Shown one piece after another: positions 39,202 to 49,078 of a stretch of 64,000 nucleotides of DNA. Every line of letters starts with the position of its first letter. Position 1 is the first letter of the stretch. This DNA is from Trueperaceae bacterium (GTDB lineage: Bacteria > Deinococcota > Deinococci > Deinococcales > Trueperaceae), in contig OZ243927.1 of NCBI GenBank assembly GCA_965213925.1, forward strand, positions 1,696,001 through 1,760,000. The letters are read 5' to 3'. Under the pieces are notes generated by a model. It was not told the DNA's origin. It made no database searches and saw only the letters and a list, made by a program, of their open reading frames with translations. Position numbers and translations under genes: made by a program.

Positions 39202-41622
39202 ATGAGCGATTTAGACCGGGAGCAACTTTTCTCCTTTTTCAAAGACCATCCTGAAAAACCCTGGCACGTCCAGGATATTCAAAAACGACTTAAACTAAGC
39301 GACCGCAGCGACTTGCGCCGCGAGCTGACCCTCCTCGTGGACGAGGGCAAGCTCGTCAAGACGCGGCGGCGCACCTATGGGCTGCCCCAAGAGATGAACC
39401 TCATGTTGGGGCGCTTGCAGGTCACGGCGGGCGGCTACGGCTTCGTAATCTCCGACGCCGAGGACGAGAAAGACCTCTTTATCCCGGCGGACAGCTTGAA
39501 CGGCGCGTGGGACGGCGACAGGGTTATGGCCCGTCCGAACTCGCAGGGCAACGGTAGTGGACGCGATAACGAGCGCATCTCCGGTGAAATCGTGCGCATC
39601 TTGGCGCGCAAGCATGACCTTGTGGTAGGGAGCTTAGAGTATTCGCGCGGCTACGCGATTTTGCGCCCCGACTCGCCGAGGTTGCGCGAGCGCATCTTGC
39701 TGCTGCCCGACTCGGTAGGGAAGTTGGAGGCGGGCACGCGCATCGTCGCTAAAATTATCTGGCCTGAAGACTCCGGCGAGCGCGACCCCTTCGGCGAAGT
39801 CGAGGAGGCATTAGGCGAAGGGGACGACCCCGAGGTCGAGACCCGCGCCGTCATCGTCAAGTACGACCTCAAGGACGAGTTCGACCCTAAGACGATTGCC
39901 GAGGCGGAAGCGGTGCCCGAGGCCGTCTCCGGCGAGATGATCGCGGGGCGCACCGACATGCGCGGCATCAACACCTTTACGATAGACGGCGAGGACGCCA
40001 AAGACTTCGACGACGCGATCTCCTTGGAGCGTATCGGCGGGCGCAACGGGCATCTGCGCGTCGGCATCCACATCGCGGACGTGTCGTACTACGTCGCGGA
40101 AGGCACCAGCCTAGACCGCGAGGCGTTCGAGCGGGCGACGAGCGTGTACCTGCCCGGCAAAGTCTTGCCGATGCTGCCCGAGGCGCTCTCCAACGGAATC
40201 TGTTCGCTCGTCGAGGGCGAGGCGCGCCTGGCGCTATCAGTTTTGGTCGATGTGACGAGAGAAGGCGACATTAAAGGGATGAAGGTCAAAGAGACCGTCA
40301 TCTCGTCCGATGCGCGGCTCACCTACAACCAAGTGCAAGACTTTGCGGACGGTGAGCGTTTGCCCATCGGCAAGCGCAAGTTAGAGCGCGACATCAAGCA
40401 GCTGATTAAGCTCACGCAGCTTTTGCGAGAGGCTAGGCTCGAGAACGGCGCACTCGACTTCCAGTTCACCGAAGCCAAAGTGGACGTAGACGACGAGGGC
40501 GAACTGCACGTGACCCCCGTGCGCCCGAACCAGGCGCGGCAACTCATCGAAGAGCTGATGCTTTTAGCGAACCGTTTGGTCGCGCAAGAACTCTCGAGCA
40601 AAGACATCCCCGCTCTGTACCGCGTCCACGAAGACCCCAGCGACGCCAAGATTCAGGCGCTTCAGGGCAGCCTCGGCAAGTTGGGTTACGAAATCGACAT
40701 GGAGCACGCCGGACCTCAAGACCTGCAAAGCGTCATTCGGCAAGCGGCGGGCAAGCCTGAAGCGCAGCTCGTCAACACGCTCCTCCTGCGCTCCTTAAAG
40801 CAAGCCCGCTACAGCGCCGACAACTTGGGTCACTTCGGTTTGGCGTTCGACAACTATCTGCACTTCACCTCGCCGATTCGCCGCTACCCCGACCTCGTCG
40901 TGCACCGCGTGCTGCGCGCCATGCTCCAGCACCGCCTCTCGCCGACCTTAAAAGAGCGCATGAAGAGTGACTTTCCCGCCCTGGGCGAGCACACCAGCGA
41001 GCGCGAGCGCGTCGCCGAGGACGCCGAGCGCGACCTTACGCGCTACTACCACGCGAAGTGGGCCAAGGAGCACCGGGGCGAGACCTTTAACGGCACGATC
41101 ACAGGCGTGACGAACTTCGGGCTCTTTGTGGGGATGCCCAACGGCGTCGAAGGACTCCTGCACGTCTCGCAACTCGACGACGACTACTACATGTATATCG
41201 AAGACGCGATGATGCTCATGGGCAAGTCCACGAAGAAGAAGTACCGGCTCGGCAACCGCATCGACATAAAGATTTTGAGCGCGAACCCGACGGTTCGCCA
41301 GATCGACCTAGGACCGGAGTCCGCCGAGTTGCCCGACGAGGAAGAGGAGACGACGCGGCGTCCGCAGCGTCCGCCTAAAAATCTCAAGACGCCCCTCTCC
41401 GCGTCGCCCATCGAGTCGAGAGAGGCGGAGCGGAGCGCGGGGGCGATTCGCAAGGATAAGCGGGCGGACGCTCTGCCCGAAATGGAGCGAGAGGCGAGCG
41501 CACCCGAGCCAGCTAAGCAAGTTGAGCCTGACGTATCCGAGCAGGACCAGGGTCCCCCACCGCCCGTCACCCCCAAACGTAAACGCCGCATCCTCGTTTT
41601 CGGGGACCCCACCCGGCGGTAA
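39202..41622 (+). CDS. rnr: Ribonuclease R
   Basis: HTH and cold-shock domains, TIDGEDAKDFDDAIS, HFTSPIRRYPDL, S1 domain. Confidence 0.95.
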   Translation: MSDLDREQLFSFFKDHPEKPWHVQDIQKRLKLSDRSDLRRELTLLVDEGKLVKTRRRTYGLPQEMNLMLGRLQVTAGGYGFVISDAEDEKDLFIPADSLNGAWDGDRVMARPNSQGNGSGRDNERISGEIVRILARKHDLVVGSLEYSRGYAILRPDSPRLRERILLLPDSVGKLEAGTRIVAKIIWPEDSGERDPFGEVEEALGEGDDPEVETRAVIVKYDLKDEFDPKTIAEAEAVPEAVSGEMIAGRTDMRGINTFTIDGEDAKDFDDAISLERIGGRNGHLRVGIHIADVSYYVAEGTSLDREAFERATSVYLPGKVLPMLPEALSNGICSLVEGEARLALSVLVDVTREGDIKGMKVKETVISSDARLTYNQVQDFADGERLPIGKRKLERDIKQLIKLTQLLREARLENGALDFQFTEAKVDVDDEGELHVTPVRPNQARQLIEELMLLANRLVAQELSSKDIPALYRVHEDPSDAKIQALQGSLGKLGYEIDMEHAGPQDLQSVIRQAAGKPEAQLVNTLLLRSLKQARYSADNLGHFGLAFDNYLHFTSPIRRYPDLVVHRVLRAMLQHRLSPTLKERMKSDFPALGEHTSERERVAEDAERDLTRYYHAKWAKEHRGETFNGTITGVTNFGLFVGMPNGVEGLLHVSQLDDDYYMYIEDAMMLMGKSTKKKYRLGNRIDIKILSANPTVRQIDLGPESAELPDEEEETTRRPQRPPKNLKTPLSASPIESREAERSAGAIRKDKRADALPEMEREASAPEPAKQVEPDVSEQDQGPPPPVTPKRKRRILVFGDPTRR

Positions 41623-41625
41623 GGG

Positions 41626-41817
41626 GTGCGCCAGAGAGTGCGTTGCGCGAGCTGCGGTGAAGTTTTCCCCGTCGAAGAGGTCAAGGACGTAGTGGTGAGG
41701 TGTCCCCACTGCGGTCATGAGGGCAGACCCGCAGGTGTGATGCGCACGCCCGACTTCCCGAGTGTGGACACGTTCGCGCGGAGCGTGCAACGGTCGCTAG
41801 CGCTAGAAGAGGAATAA
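41626..41817 (+). CDS. Small zinc-ribbon protein
   Basis: CASC..CPHC; starts 3 nt after the rnr stop. Confidence 0.6.
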   Translation: MRQRVRCASCGEVFPVEEVKDVVVRCPHCGHEGRPAGVMRTPDFPSVDTFARSVQRSLALEEE

Positions 41818-41952
41818 TTCACATTTTCAGAGAGTTATAGTTTTAAGTCGAATGCTGCCGCGTGCTCCCTCTGCTATCTCTACGTGATAAACGAAGGGTT
41901 GACATTCCTCGCTTTGCCATCAGCGTCATTCCAAAAAGAGCTACTACCTTTT

Positions 41953-41990
41953 AGAAGAGGGCTTGGGGTCGCGCCTGAGCCCTTTTCTTT
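41953..41990 (+). terminator. Probable intrinsic terminator
   Basis: agaagagggcttggg ... cctgagcccttttcttt. Confidence 0.55.
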
Positions 41991-42283
41991 GCGGAGTAGA
42001 TGCGAAGAACCAGCTCGAGGTGTAAAAAAGCCATGAGAAACGCCCTCGACAAGTCTTAACGTTTTACGCGGACCCTTTAACCGCGCCTCATCCAAACTTC
42101 ACAAACTACCCAGAGTATCTACCGCGAACCATTGCCCCTCAGGTGCCTAAGTCTGATACACTTGAGCCAACACCAACCGCAGCTCCCCCTAGGTCGCGGG
42201 AGCGCGTATTCTTTCGCTGACCCACGCGGCGAGCGGCTAAGCTGCGCTGCTTACGTGCTCTATTGCCTTTTAGGGGAGCTTTC

Positions 42284-43648
42284 ATGTCGGATGATTTCAC
42301 CTACCCTCTCACCCGCGTTTGCTTGCGTTCGGGGCAGCTCACCCTCCCCCAAAACATGCTCCACCTCTTTCCAGACGAAGGCACCGTCCACGTTCTCGAC
42401 ACGAGCACCGACGGCGAGTTCGAGCTGACCATGCGCACGCCCCGGCACGTGGCGGGGCTCTCCGAGTTTTTTGAGACGCACAACTTAGAGGTGAACGACC
42501 GGGTGAAACTGAAGCGGTTAGACGACGGGCGCGTCTCGCTGACCCCTCTAGTCCGCCCTAAAAAGACCGACTACGCGCGCCCCGAGATGGTGCGCGCCCT
42601 CTTAGAGAAGATTGTCGAACTCGCCCCGATGTCCGAAGCGGAAATTCGCAACGTCGCGCCCGACTTGCCCGCCGAGTTCGAGCTTAGGGAGCTTTTGGAA
42701 TCCGACGAACGTCTCGCGCTCAACCACGAAGGGCGCTGGGCGCTCTCGGACAAGGAGCGGACGAGGGAGCCGGGCGCGGACGAAGGCGAAGAAACGGCCT
42801 CTAAAGCGAGTCGTCCTACGGTGACCTCTTACGCACAGGACCGCGAGTTGGAGTACCTCTCGCTCAACTCGGCGGCGCAGGGCTTGGGCGACGCCACCCT
42901 CTTCACCCGCGCTAGGAGCGCCCTCCAAGCCTTCGGCTTCCGCGTCGAGGCGACCCCCCACGCGCAGCTTTTGGCCCACGCCGAGCTAGGCAGACACCAC
43001 TACAGCGCCCTTATCCACCTCCACAGCGAAGGTGCTAAGCCCGACTGGAACAAGCTAGTCACGCGCCGCCGCGAGGCGGGCGCGACCTACCTGGCGATCT
43101 TTGGGTCACACCGCGAACTGCTGCGCCTTCAGAAACACGCTGGTCAGTCGAAGGTCACGCTCTGGTCTTGGCAGGGCCTAACCCGCGCTCAGGACCTCTC
43201 TCAGAGCGTGCCGACGAGCCCCTTCGACCTGGAGCCGCATTTCGCCAGAGACGGGCTTTTCGACGCGGGGCTCGCCCGCTTCGAGCGCACTGTGCAGAGT
43301 CGCATCACCGAGCGCGGTCACTTCTCGCTCGTCTTGTCGCAGCTGGCGACGATGAGAGCGCCGACGGTCTTTCTGCTCGACGACGTGTTGACGGACGGAC
43401 ACTTTCCTAGGGACCAAGCGCTGAGCGTGTTAGAAGGACTTGCCCAAGCGCCCTTTCACATGGTCAGCAAGGTGGGCAGCGGCGAGTTTTGTCTGCGCGT
43501 AAACGTGTCCGAGACCTTGACGCACCTCTCCGACTACGCCCTGTCGCTCCGCGAGCGTTTGCCTACAAGACGCACCGAGCGGCTGCGCGGTACGGGTGAA
43601 GAGGTCGAGGAGACCGAGGCTAAGCAAACCAAGCAAGCGCGGGAGTAG
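42284..43648 (+). CDS. Hypothetical protein (~454 aa)
   Basis: Long ORF with genome-typical codon use; ggggag SD before ATG 42284; no family recognised. Confidence 0.75.
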   Translation: MSDDFTYPLTRVCLRSGQLTLPQNMLHLFPDEGTVHVLDTSTDGEFELTMRTPRHVAGLSEFFETHNLEVNDRVKLKRLDDGRVSLTPLVRPKKTDYARPEMVRALLEKIVELAPMSEAEIRNVAPDLPAEFELRELLESDERLALNHEGRWALSDKERTREPGADEGEETASKASRPTVTSYAQDRELEYLSLNSAAQGLGDATLFTRARSALQAFGFRVEATPHAQLLAHAELGRHHYSALIHLHSEGAKPDWNKLVTRRREAGATYLAIFGSHRELLRLQKHAGQSKVTLWSWQGLTRAQDLSQSVPTSPFDLEPHFARDGLFDAGLARFERTVQSRITERGHFSLVLSQLATMRAPTVFLLDDVLTDGHFPRDQALSVLEGLAQAPFHMVSKVGSGEFCLRVNVSETLTHLSDYALSLRERLPTRRTERLRGTGEEVEETEAKQTKQARE

Positions 43649-43672
43649 GGGCGATTCATGAATCGCCCCTAC
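43645..43672. repeat. GTAG-type REP palindrome
   Basis: Perfect 28-bp palindrome GTAGGGGCGATTCATGAATCGCCCCTAC overlapping a stop codon, between convergent genes. Confidence 0.85.
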
Positions 43673-43727
43673 GGGGTAGCGTTTTGAGGAGATAGAGCGT
43701 GTGGTTCGTCCTACGCGGTTAGCGTCA

Positions 43728-44165
43728 TCACGACGTCCTCGAGACGTACTCCTCTTCCTCTTCGAGGGTCTCATACCTGAGTTTCTCCAAACCCGCGAAG
43801 AGCGCGGAGAGCCCCGCCGCAAGTTCGATGCCTAAAATCATGAGGTTGAGTGGCGTCACCGCGAAGTCGATAGGTAGGATGCTCAAAAAGCGACCGAAGC
43901 CAATCGTGAGCCAGACGAAACTCGCCGCGAGCACCCAAGGCCGCCCCCGCGGCCGCGACGCGAGCCCCCACACCATCGCCGCCGCCACGCCGATAAAGAG
44001 CACGCCGAAAACCGCCCGCATCGTGCTGAGACCGCGCGGACCCTCGATGCTCAGCCCTACGAACTCCGACATGAAAAAGGGGTTAATGAGACCCAATATG
44101 CCTACGGCTAAAGTGAATAGCGCAGATACGTAGGCGAGCTGCGTGCGTTTGCTCATGCCCATCAT
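43728..44165 (-). CDS. Four-TM membrane protein (DUF4345-like)
   Basis: Hydrophobic helices; GLSTMRAVFG..GFGRFLS pattern. Confidence 0.65.
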   Translation of the reverse strand: MMGMSKRTQLAYVSALFTLAVGILGLINPFFMSEFVGLSIEGPRGLSTMRAVFGVLFIGVAAAMVWGLASRPRGRPWVLAASFVWLTIGFGRFLSILPIDFAVTPLNLMILGIELAAGLSALFAGLEKLRYETLEEEEEYVSRTS

Positions 44166-44533
44166 CCTACTTCTCGAGCCTTGCCGTCATAGCTTAAAAC
44201 GTGCACGTGCGTGTGAAAGACCTCTTGCCCCGCGCCCGCCCCGAGGTTGACGACGAGCCGGTAGTCCTTCACGTCGTTCGCGCGCGCCGCTCTAACCGCC
44301 GCCTCGAAAAGCGCCCCCACGTCCTCCTTGCCCTGCGCGTCCAACATCTCGTCTAGGCGCGGGCTGTGCTTTTTAGGGACTACCAGAAAGTGAACCGGCG
44401 CTTTAGGCTGAATGTCCTTAAAGGCTAAAAAGTGCTCATCCTCGTACACGCGGTCCGCAGAGATGTCACCGTCGATAATTTTTTGGAAGATGCTCCGGTT
44501 GTCTGCGCTGTCTTTGCCGCTCTCGTTCGCCAT
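44162..44533 (-). CDS. HIT family nucleotide-binding protein (HinT-like)
   Basis: SIFQKIIDG, AFKDIQPKAPVHFLVVPK, AGQEVFHTHVH; start moved to ATG 44533. Confidence 0.9.
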   Translation of the reverse strand: MANESGKDSADNRSIFQKIIDGDISADRVYEDEHFLAFKDIQPKAPVHFLVVPKKHSPRLDEMLDAQGKEDVGALFEAAVRAARANDVKDYRLVVNLGAGAGQEVFHTHVHVLSYDGKAREVG

Positions 44534-44636
44534 AATGAGGTAGTTTACCCGAAGGCGCAGCTCGGTGTCGGAACTTGCGCCCAGATGAAAAACTTCACCC
44601 CCCCGGTCAGCGCGACAAGTGTTACCATAATAAGCT

Positions 44637-44942
44637 GTGACGCTCCGCCTATTTTTTCTGACGATTCTCGTTCTAGCGCTCCCGCTGCCCGTGCAGCCTT
44701 GGGGCGTTAGCAGCGACGAATCCTCGGGCATGAGCGCGCCTGTGCCGATGGTCGCGGAGCCTGCGCAGCGCCTTATCCTGCCGAGAGTCGGTAAGAACAG
44801 TTTTCACCTCTTGCCCCCGCTCATCGCCAGTTTCACGGTTGCCGTATGCGCCGCGCGCCTCATCACGTCGAAACGCCTAACGGGCGCCGCGCGGCGGCGC
44901 ACCTTCTTGGTGTTCGGGAAGTTGAGGCTCGAGGGGGGCTAA
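44637..44942 (+). CDS. Signal-peptide-bearing small ORF upstream of secDF (candidate monitoring/arrest peptide)
   Basis: N-terminal h-region LFFLTILVLALP, low-complexity middle, C-terminal FLVFGKLRLEGG; co-oriented with secDF. Confidence 0.55.
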   Translation: MTLRLFFLTILVLALPLPVQPWGVSSDESSGMSAPVPMVAEPAQRLILPRVGKNSFHLLPPLIASFTVAVCAARLITSKRLTGAARRRTFLVFGKLRLEGG

Positions 44943-45035
44943 AAGCAGCGATTAGCTTTTAGCAAAAGCCTCTAAGCTAACGGCTAACAGCCTTTCACCC
45001 AATCTCGAGACTCAATCCTCTTAACAGAGCAACTC

Positions 45036-45271
45036 AGTACTCTGTTAATTAAAAGATGAGTGATGTCATTCTAAACGGAGCCCTACGGCGAGCGTAGGAT
45101 AGACTCCGCGGAGTGAAAGAATCTCTGACCTTGCTGACTCCTCTGACAGAGAACGAAAGTTACAGAGTTTTGGCATAGCCAAACGAGACCCTTACGCCTT
45201 CGCCGGACTTCGTCTGACTGCGTGAACAGGGTGACATGTAAGAGGTATCAAAACTAACTTAACAGTGCACT
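45036..45271 (+). mobile_element. MITE/REP-like element copy B
   Basis: Ends agtactctgttaa / ttaacagtgcact (11/13 inverted); internal gtcattct...gggtgac; a 56-nt block differs by 1 nt from copy D. Confidence 0.8.
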
Positions 45272-45283
45272 CAGGAGAAAAAT

Positions 45284-47500
45284 ATGAATCAACGCTCATT
45301 CACGGGCATCCTCGTCCTTGGCGTTCTACTCGCCGCCATTCTTTACATGTGGCAGCCGTGGGCGGAGGACGCCTCGCTCAAACTCGGCTTAGACTTGCAG
45401 GGCGGCTTGCGCGTCGTTTTGCAAGCTGACGACCCCGACCCCGTACCCGAAGACCTCCAGGCAGCGCGGCGCGTTATCGAAAACCGCGTCAACGAGTTCG
45501 GCGTGGCGGAGCCCATCATTCAGACCTCGGGCGCGAACCGCATCGTCGTCGAGCTGCCCGGCTTGACGGCGGAGGAGCAAAACCGCGCGCAAGACCTCAT
45601 CGGACAACAAGCGATTTTAGAGTTTCGCCTCGTCAGACCGGGCGCGAGCGAACCCCTCACGCCGGACAAGCTGCAACCCGCTTCCTTCACGGGTGAGGTG
45701 CTGCGCGGCGCGCAAGTGGCGTACGACCAGTTCGGCCAGCCGATTGTTACCTTCCAGATTCGCGGGGCTGACGCGCCCGCGTTCGGGCAGTTTACGGGCA
45801 GCAACTTGGGGCAGCGCATGGCGGTCGTCTTGGACGGCAACGTCATCACCGCGCCCAACATCAACGGGCGCATCGCCGAGAGCGGGCAGATCGAGGGGCA
45901 GTTCACACTCGAGGAAGCCTCCGACTTAGCCCTCGTCCTCCGCTCGGGCAGCCTTCCCATCTCGCTCAACATCGAAGAGATTCGCGCCATCGGCCCGACG
46001 TTGGGTCAGGACTCGGTCGCAGCCGGTACGACCGCCGCGATTATCGGCGGTATCGCCGTCGTCGCCGCGGTTATTCTCTACTACGGTCCACTTTTCGGCG
46101 GCGTTTTGACGGTCGGTCTCATCTACGTCTTGCTCCTCATCTTCGGCATCCTCTCCGGTCTCGGCGCGGCGCTCACGCTGCCCGGTCTGGCCGGTCTCGT
46201 CTTGACCATCGGCGCGGCGGTGGACGGCAACGTCATCTCGTTTGAGCGCATCAAAGAGGAGCTGCGCGAAGGCAAAAGCCTGCGCCTCTCCATGCGGAGC
46301 GGTTTCAGCAACTCGCTCTCGGCGATCATCGACGCGAACGTCACGACGCTTTTAGCGGCGGCGGCGCTGTACCAGTACACCTCGGGTCCGGTGCGCGGCT
46401 TCGCTATCACGTTAGCCATCGGCATCGTGTCGGCGGTCTTTGTGAACACCGTCGTCGTGCCCTTTTTGCTCGACGTGCTCACGGTGCGCTTCAAAAAGCC
46501 GCTCATGCCCAAAGGTTTTTACTTCACCGACCTCAAGTTCGTTTCGCGTGCGCCCATCGTTATGAGCATCTCGGGCGGACTCGCGCTCTTGGCGCTCCTC
46601 ATCGTCATCGTGAGCCCCTTAAACCTCTCGACGGACTTCACGGGCGGCACGAGCGCGCTCTATAGCGTCTCGGAAGAGACGACCATCGACGAGGTGCGCA
46701 CCGCCATCAGCGAACTCAGGCTGCCCGGCGTGGACGGCGGCTCGGCGACGGTGCAAGAGGTGCAAGACACCACGATTCGTACAGAGGGAGGTGCAGAAGG
46801 CGGCACGGACGACGCCGAAGCAGCAGCGGGCGCGAACAAACTCCTCTCGGTGCGTATCGGCGTTAGCGAGGACAGCGGGGCGCGGGGTGAATTTCCGAAC
46901 CTCTTAGCGGAGCGGCTTGACGCGGAACTCTTGCAGGCCGACTTCGTCGGTCCCTCCGTCGGCGAAGACCTGCGCAACGGCGCGGTCTTGGCGGTGCTCG
47001 TCTCGCTCGGGCTGATCTTGCTCTACGTCGGGCTGCGCTTCTGGCCGAACTGGATCGTCGCGGTCGCCGCGATTCTGGCGTCGATTCACGACGTCGGCAT
47101 CGTGATGGGCTTTTTGGACCTCATCGGCGCAGAGTTCGGCGTGCCCGTTTTGGCGGCGCTTCTCTTCGTTGTCGGTTACTCCTTAAACGACTCCATCATC
47201 ATCGCGGACAGAATTCGCGAGAACTTGCGCAAGGTGCGCGGGCGTTCGTACAACGACATCATCGACCTTTCGGTGAGCCAGACGCTCTCGCGCACCGTCG
47301 TGACCTCGGGCACGACGCTCCTGCCCGTGTTGGCGCTCCTCTTCTTCGGCGGCAGCGTCTTGCGCGACTTCAGCATCACGCTCCTAGTGGGCATCGGCTT
47401 CGGGACGTACTCGAGCATCTTCATCCTCGCCCCGATGGTGGCGTGGTTCAAGAAGCGTCAGCGCAAGCCTAAGACCGCGGTGCGTAAAAGCGCAGCTTAA
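45284..47500 (+). CDS. secDF: Fused protein translocase subunit SecDF
   Basis: LGLDLQGG, LRSGSLP, IGPTLG, AVDGNVISFERIKEE, DFTGG and GYSLNDSIIIADRIRE. Confidence 0.97.
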   Translation: MNQRSFTGILVLGVLLAAILYMWQPWAEDASLKLGLDLQGGLRVVLQADDPDPVPEDLQAARRVIENRVNEFGVAEPIIQTSGANRIVVELPGLTAEEQNRAQDLIGQQAILEFRLVRPGASEPLTPDKLQPASFTGEVLRGAQVAYDQFGQPIVTFQIRGADAPAFGQFTGSNLGQRMAVVLDGNVITAPNINGRIAESGQIEGQFTLEEASDLALVLRSGSLPISLNIEEIRAIGPTLGQDSVAAGTTAAIIGGIAVVAAVILYYGPLFGGVLTVGLIYVLLLIFGILSGLGAALTLPGLAGLVLTIGAAVDGNVISFERIKEELREGKSLRLSMRSGFSNSLSAIIDANVTTLLAAAALYQYTSGPVRGFAITLAIGIVSAVFVNTVVVPFLLDVLTVRFKKPLMPKGFYFTDLKFVSRAPIVMSISGGLALLALLIVIVSPLNLSTDFTGGTSALYSVSEETTIDEVRTAISELRLPGVDGGSATVQEVQDTTIRTEGGAEGGTDDAEAAAGANKLLSVRIGVSEDSGARGEFPNLLAERLDAELLQADFVGPSVGEDLRNGAVLAVLVSLGLILLYVGLRFWPNWIVAVAAILASIHDVGIVMGFLDLIGAEFGVPVLAALLFVVGYSLNDSIIIADRIRENLRKVRGRSYNDIIDLSVSQTLSRTVVTSGTTLLPVLALLFFGGSVLRDFSITLLVGIGFGTYSSIFILAPMVAWFKKRQRKPKTAVRKSAA

Positions 47501-47709
47501 TACACTGTTAGCTAAAAAATGAGCCATGTCATTCTGAACGTAACGAAGTGGAGTGAAAGAATCTCTGCCTTTGCCTCCTCTTCTGCGAGAGCGCGCGAGA
47601 CGAGACCCCTCGACGGAGTCTATCCTACGTTCACCGTAGGGCGGAGTCTATCCTGTCAAGGGCTCCGCTCGGGGTGACAACAATGTTGCAAAATTTGGTC
47701 AACGATATA
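47501..47709 (+). mobile_element. MITE/REP-like element copy C
   Basis: tacactgtta..aaaaatgagccatgtcattctgaacg..gtgaaagaatctctg ... gggtgacaaca.tgttgca.aattt; begins right after the secDF stop. Confidence 0.8.
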
Positions 47710-47830
47710 CCTGATACTGCTTCTGGAGAATTCCTATAAGAAGATTCTTGCGGAGCAGCGTGGCATATAAATTGGTGAAAGGTAGAACGAGGAGCGAGCT
47801 TAGTACTTGCTCCTCATCTTTTTACATCCT

Positions 47831-49078
47831 TCACGTCGTCAGCGCCTTTGCTAACAACCCGCTATGTCCGAACGCCGTGCGCGTCAGCGGGAAGCGCACG
47901 GCGTTCGGCGCGTGCGCGAAAAGTCGCGCCATCGTCTCGGCTTGGTCTTTCACGCTGAGCGTCCCCGAGAGGTAGCCCTGCCAGAGGGGTGCGGGAAGTT
48001 CGAAAAAGGCTGCTAAGAAACTTCTAAGCTGCGCTCCGTCCAGTTTGAGCTGCGCTTCTAAGCCGAAGAGGTAGAGCGAGCGTTGACGTACCTTAGAGGC
48101 GGACCACAAGGTGTTCCAGGCGAGGTTGGAGACGCCCGTTACGTCCCCCCTTCCCAACGCTTGCGCTACGGTTTTCGCAAGCGTCGGCGCTGTATTCAAA
48201 ACCGACGCCATCATGTACCCCGACGCCGGGTGCACCATGCTCGCCGCGCCGCCGAAACCCACCACGCGCTGAGAGAGGTCAGGTAGGGGCAAGCCCATCG
48301 GAAAGAGGCAGCGCTCAGCTTCAGTAGTTTCTTTAACGGTGACACCACGATGTGCCAAGCGACGGTAGAGGCGTTTTTGTAGCACGTCTAAAGACATACC
48401 AGGACGGCGCACCAGCGAGGTTTCCTCCACGAAGTAAAGCCCGCCGCCCAAATCCATCGCGTAGAGGAAGGTGGGCTCTTTGCGCTCCGCGTCGCTCAAG
48501 TGCGCGTCGCGGAAGTCCATGAGCACCATCTGGCCTGCGGGAATCGGGGGGGCGGAAAAGTAGCCGGTGACGCCGTAAGCAGCTTGAAAAGCGATTTGAG
48601 AGGCGCGCGGACGTTCGACCAGGGCGGGGAAATGACCGCTCGCGTCGATGACCAAGCGGGCGCGGTGGCGCTGACCCTCGCGGCACCTCACCTCGGAGTG
48701 ACTCGAGGTGTGCGCCACCTCAGCGGCGTGCCCTCTAAGAAACTGCACCTCGCCGCGCTCGCAACGCTTTAAGGTTCGCGCTTGGAGTTTGGCGTTGTCG
48801 AGACGACCGTACGAACGTTCTAGTCCGACCTCTTGCTCGCCCTGATGTCCACCCCGATTTCCTATGTAGACCAGCGGCGCGGACCACGTCTGTGTAAAGT
48901 TGACGTAGCCTAGCGCGGCGACCTCGTCCGTCCACACGCCGTACGAGTTGGGCCAAGGTACGACGCCGTCCGGCGCTAGACATGCTACCCCCAAGCCCGC
49001 GCCGCTAAGCTCCGCCGCGAGCAGCAAGCTCGAGGGTCCCGCGCCTACGACGAGGACGTCATAAATGTCAGCCTTCAA
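47831..49078 (-). CDS. Lycopene cyclase family protein (CrtL/CrtY-type)
   Basis: DVLVVGAGP, WPNSYGVW.DE, LMDFR, TFLYAM, FVEETSL, GGAASMVHPASGY. Confidence 0.9.
   Translation of the reverse strand: MKADIYDVLVVGAGPSSLLLAAELSGAGLGVACLAPDGVVPWPNSYGVWTDEVAALGYVNFTQTWSAPLVYIGNRGGHQGEQEVGLERSYGRLDNAKLQARTLKRCERGEVQFLRGHAAEVAHTSSHSEVRCREGQRHRARLVIDASGHFPALVERPRASQIAFQAAYGVTGYFSAPPIPAGQMVLMDFRDAHLSDAERKEPTFLYAMDLGGGLYFVEETSLVRRPGMSLDVLQKRLYRRLAHRGVTVKETTEAERCLFPMGLPLPDLSQRVVGFGGAASMVHPASGYMMASVLNTAPTLAKTVAQALGRGDVTGVSNLAWNTLWSASKVRQRSLYLFGLEAQLKLDGAQLRSFLAAFFELPAPLWQGYLSGTLSVKDQAETMARLFAHAPNAVRFPLTRTAFGHSGLLAKALTT

Noticed and set aside
44534..44731. N-terminal extension of the HIT ORF to 44731
   Set aside because: HIT homology starts near ATG 44533, which has its own -10 box; the extension overlaps the divergent uORF.
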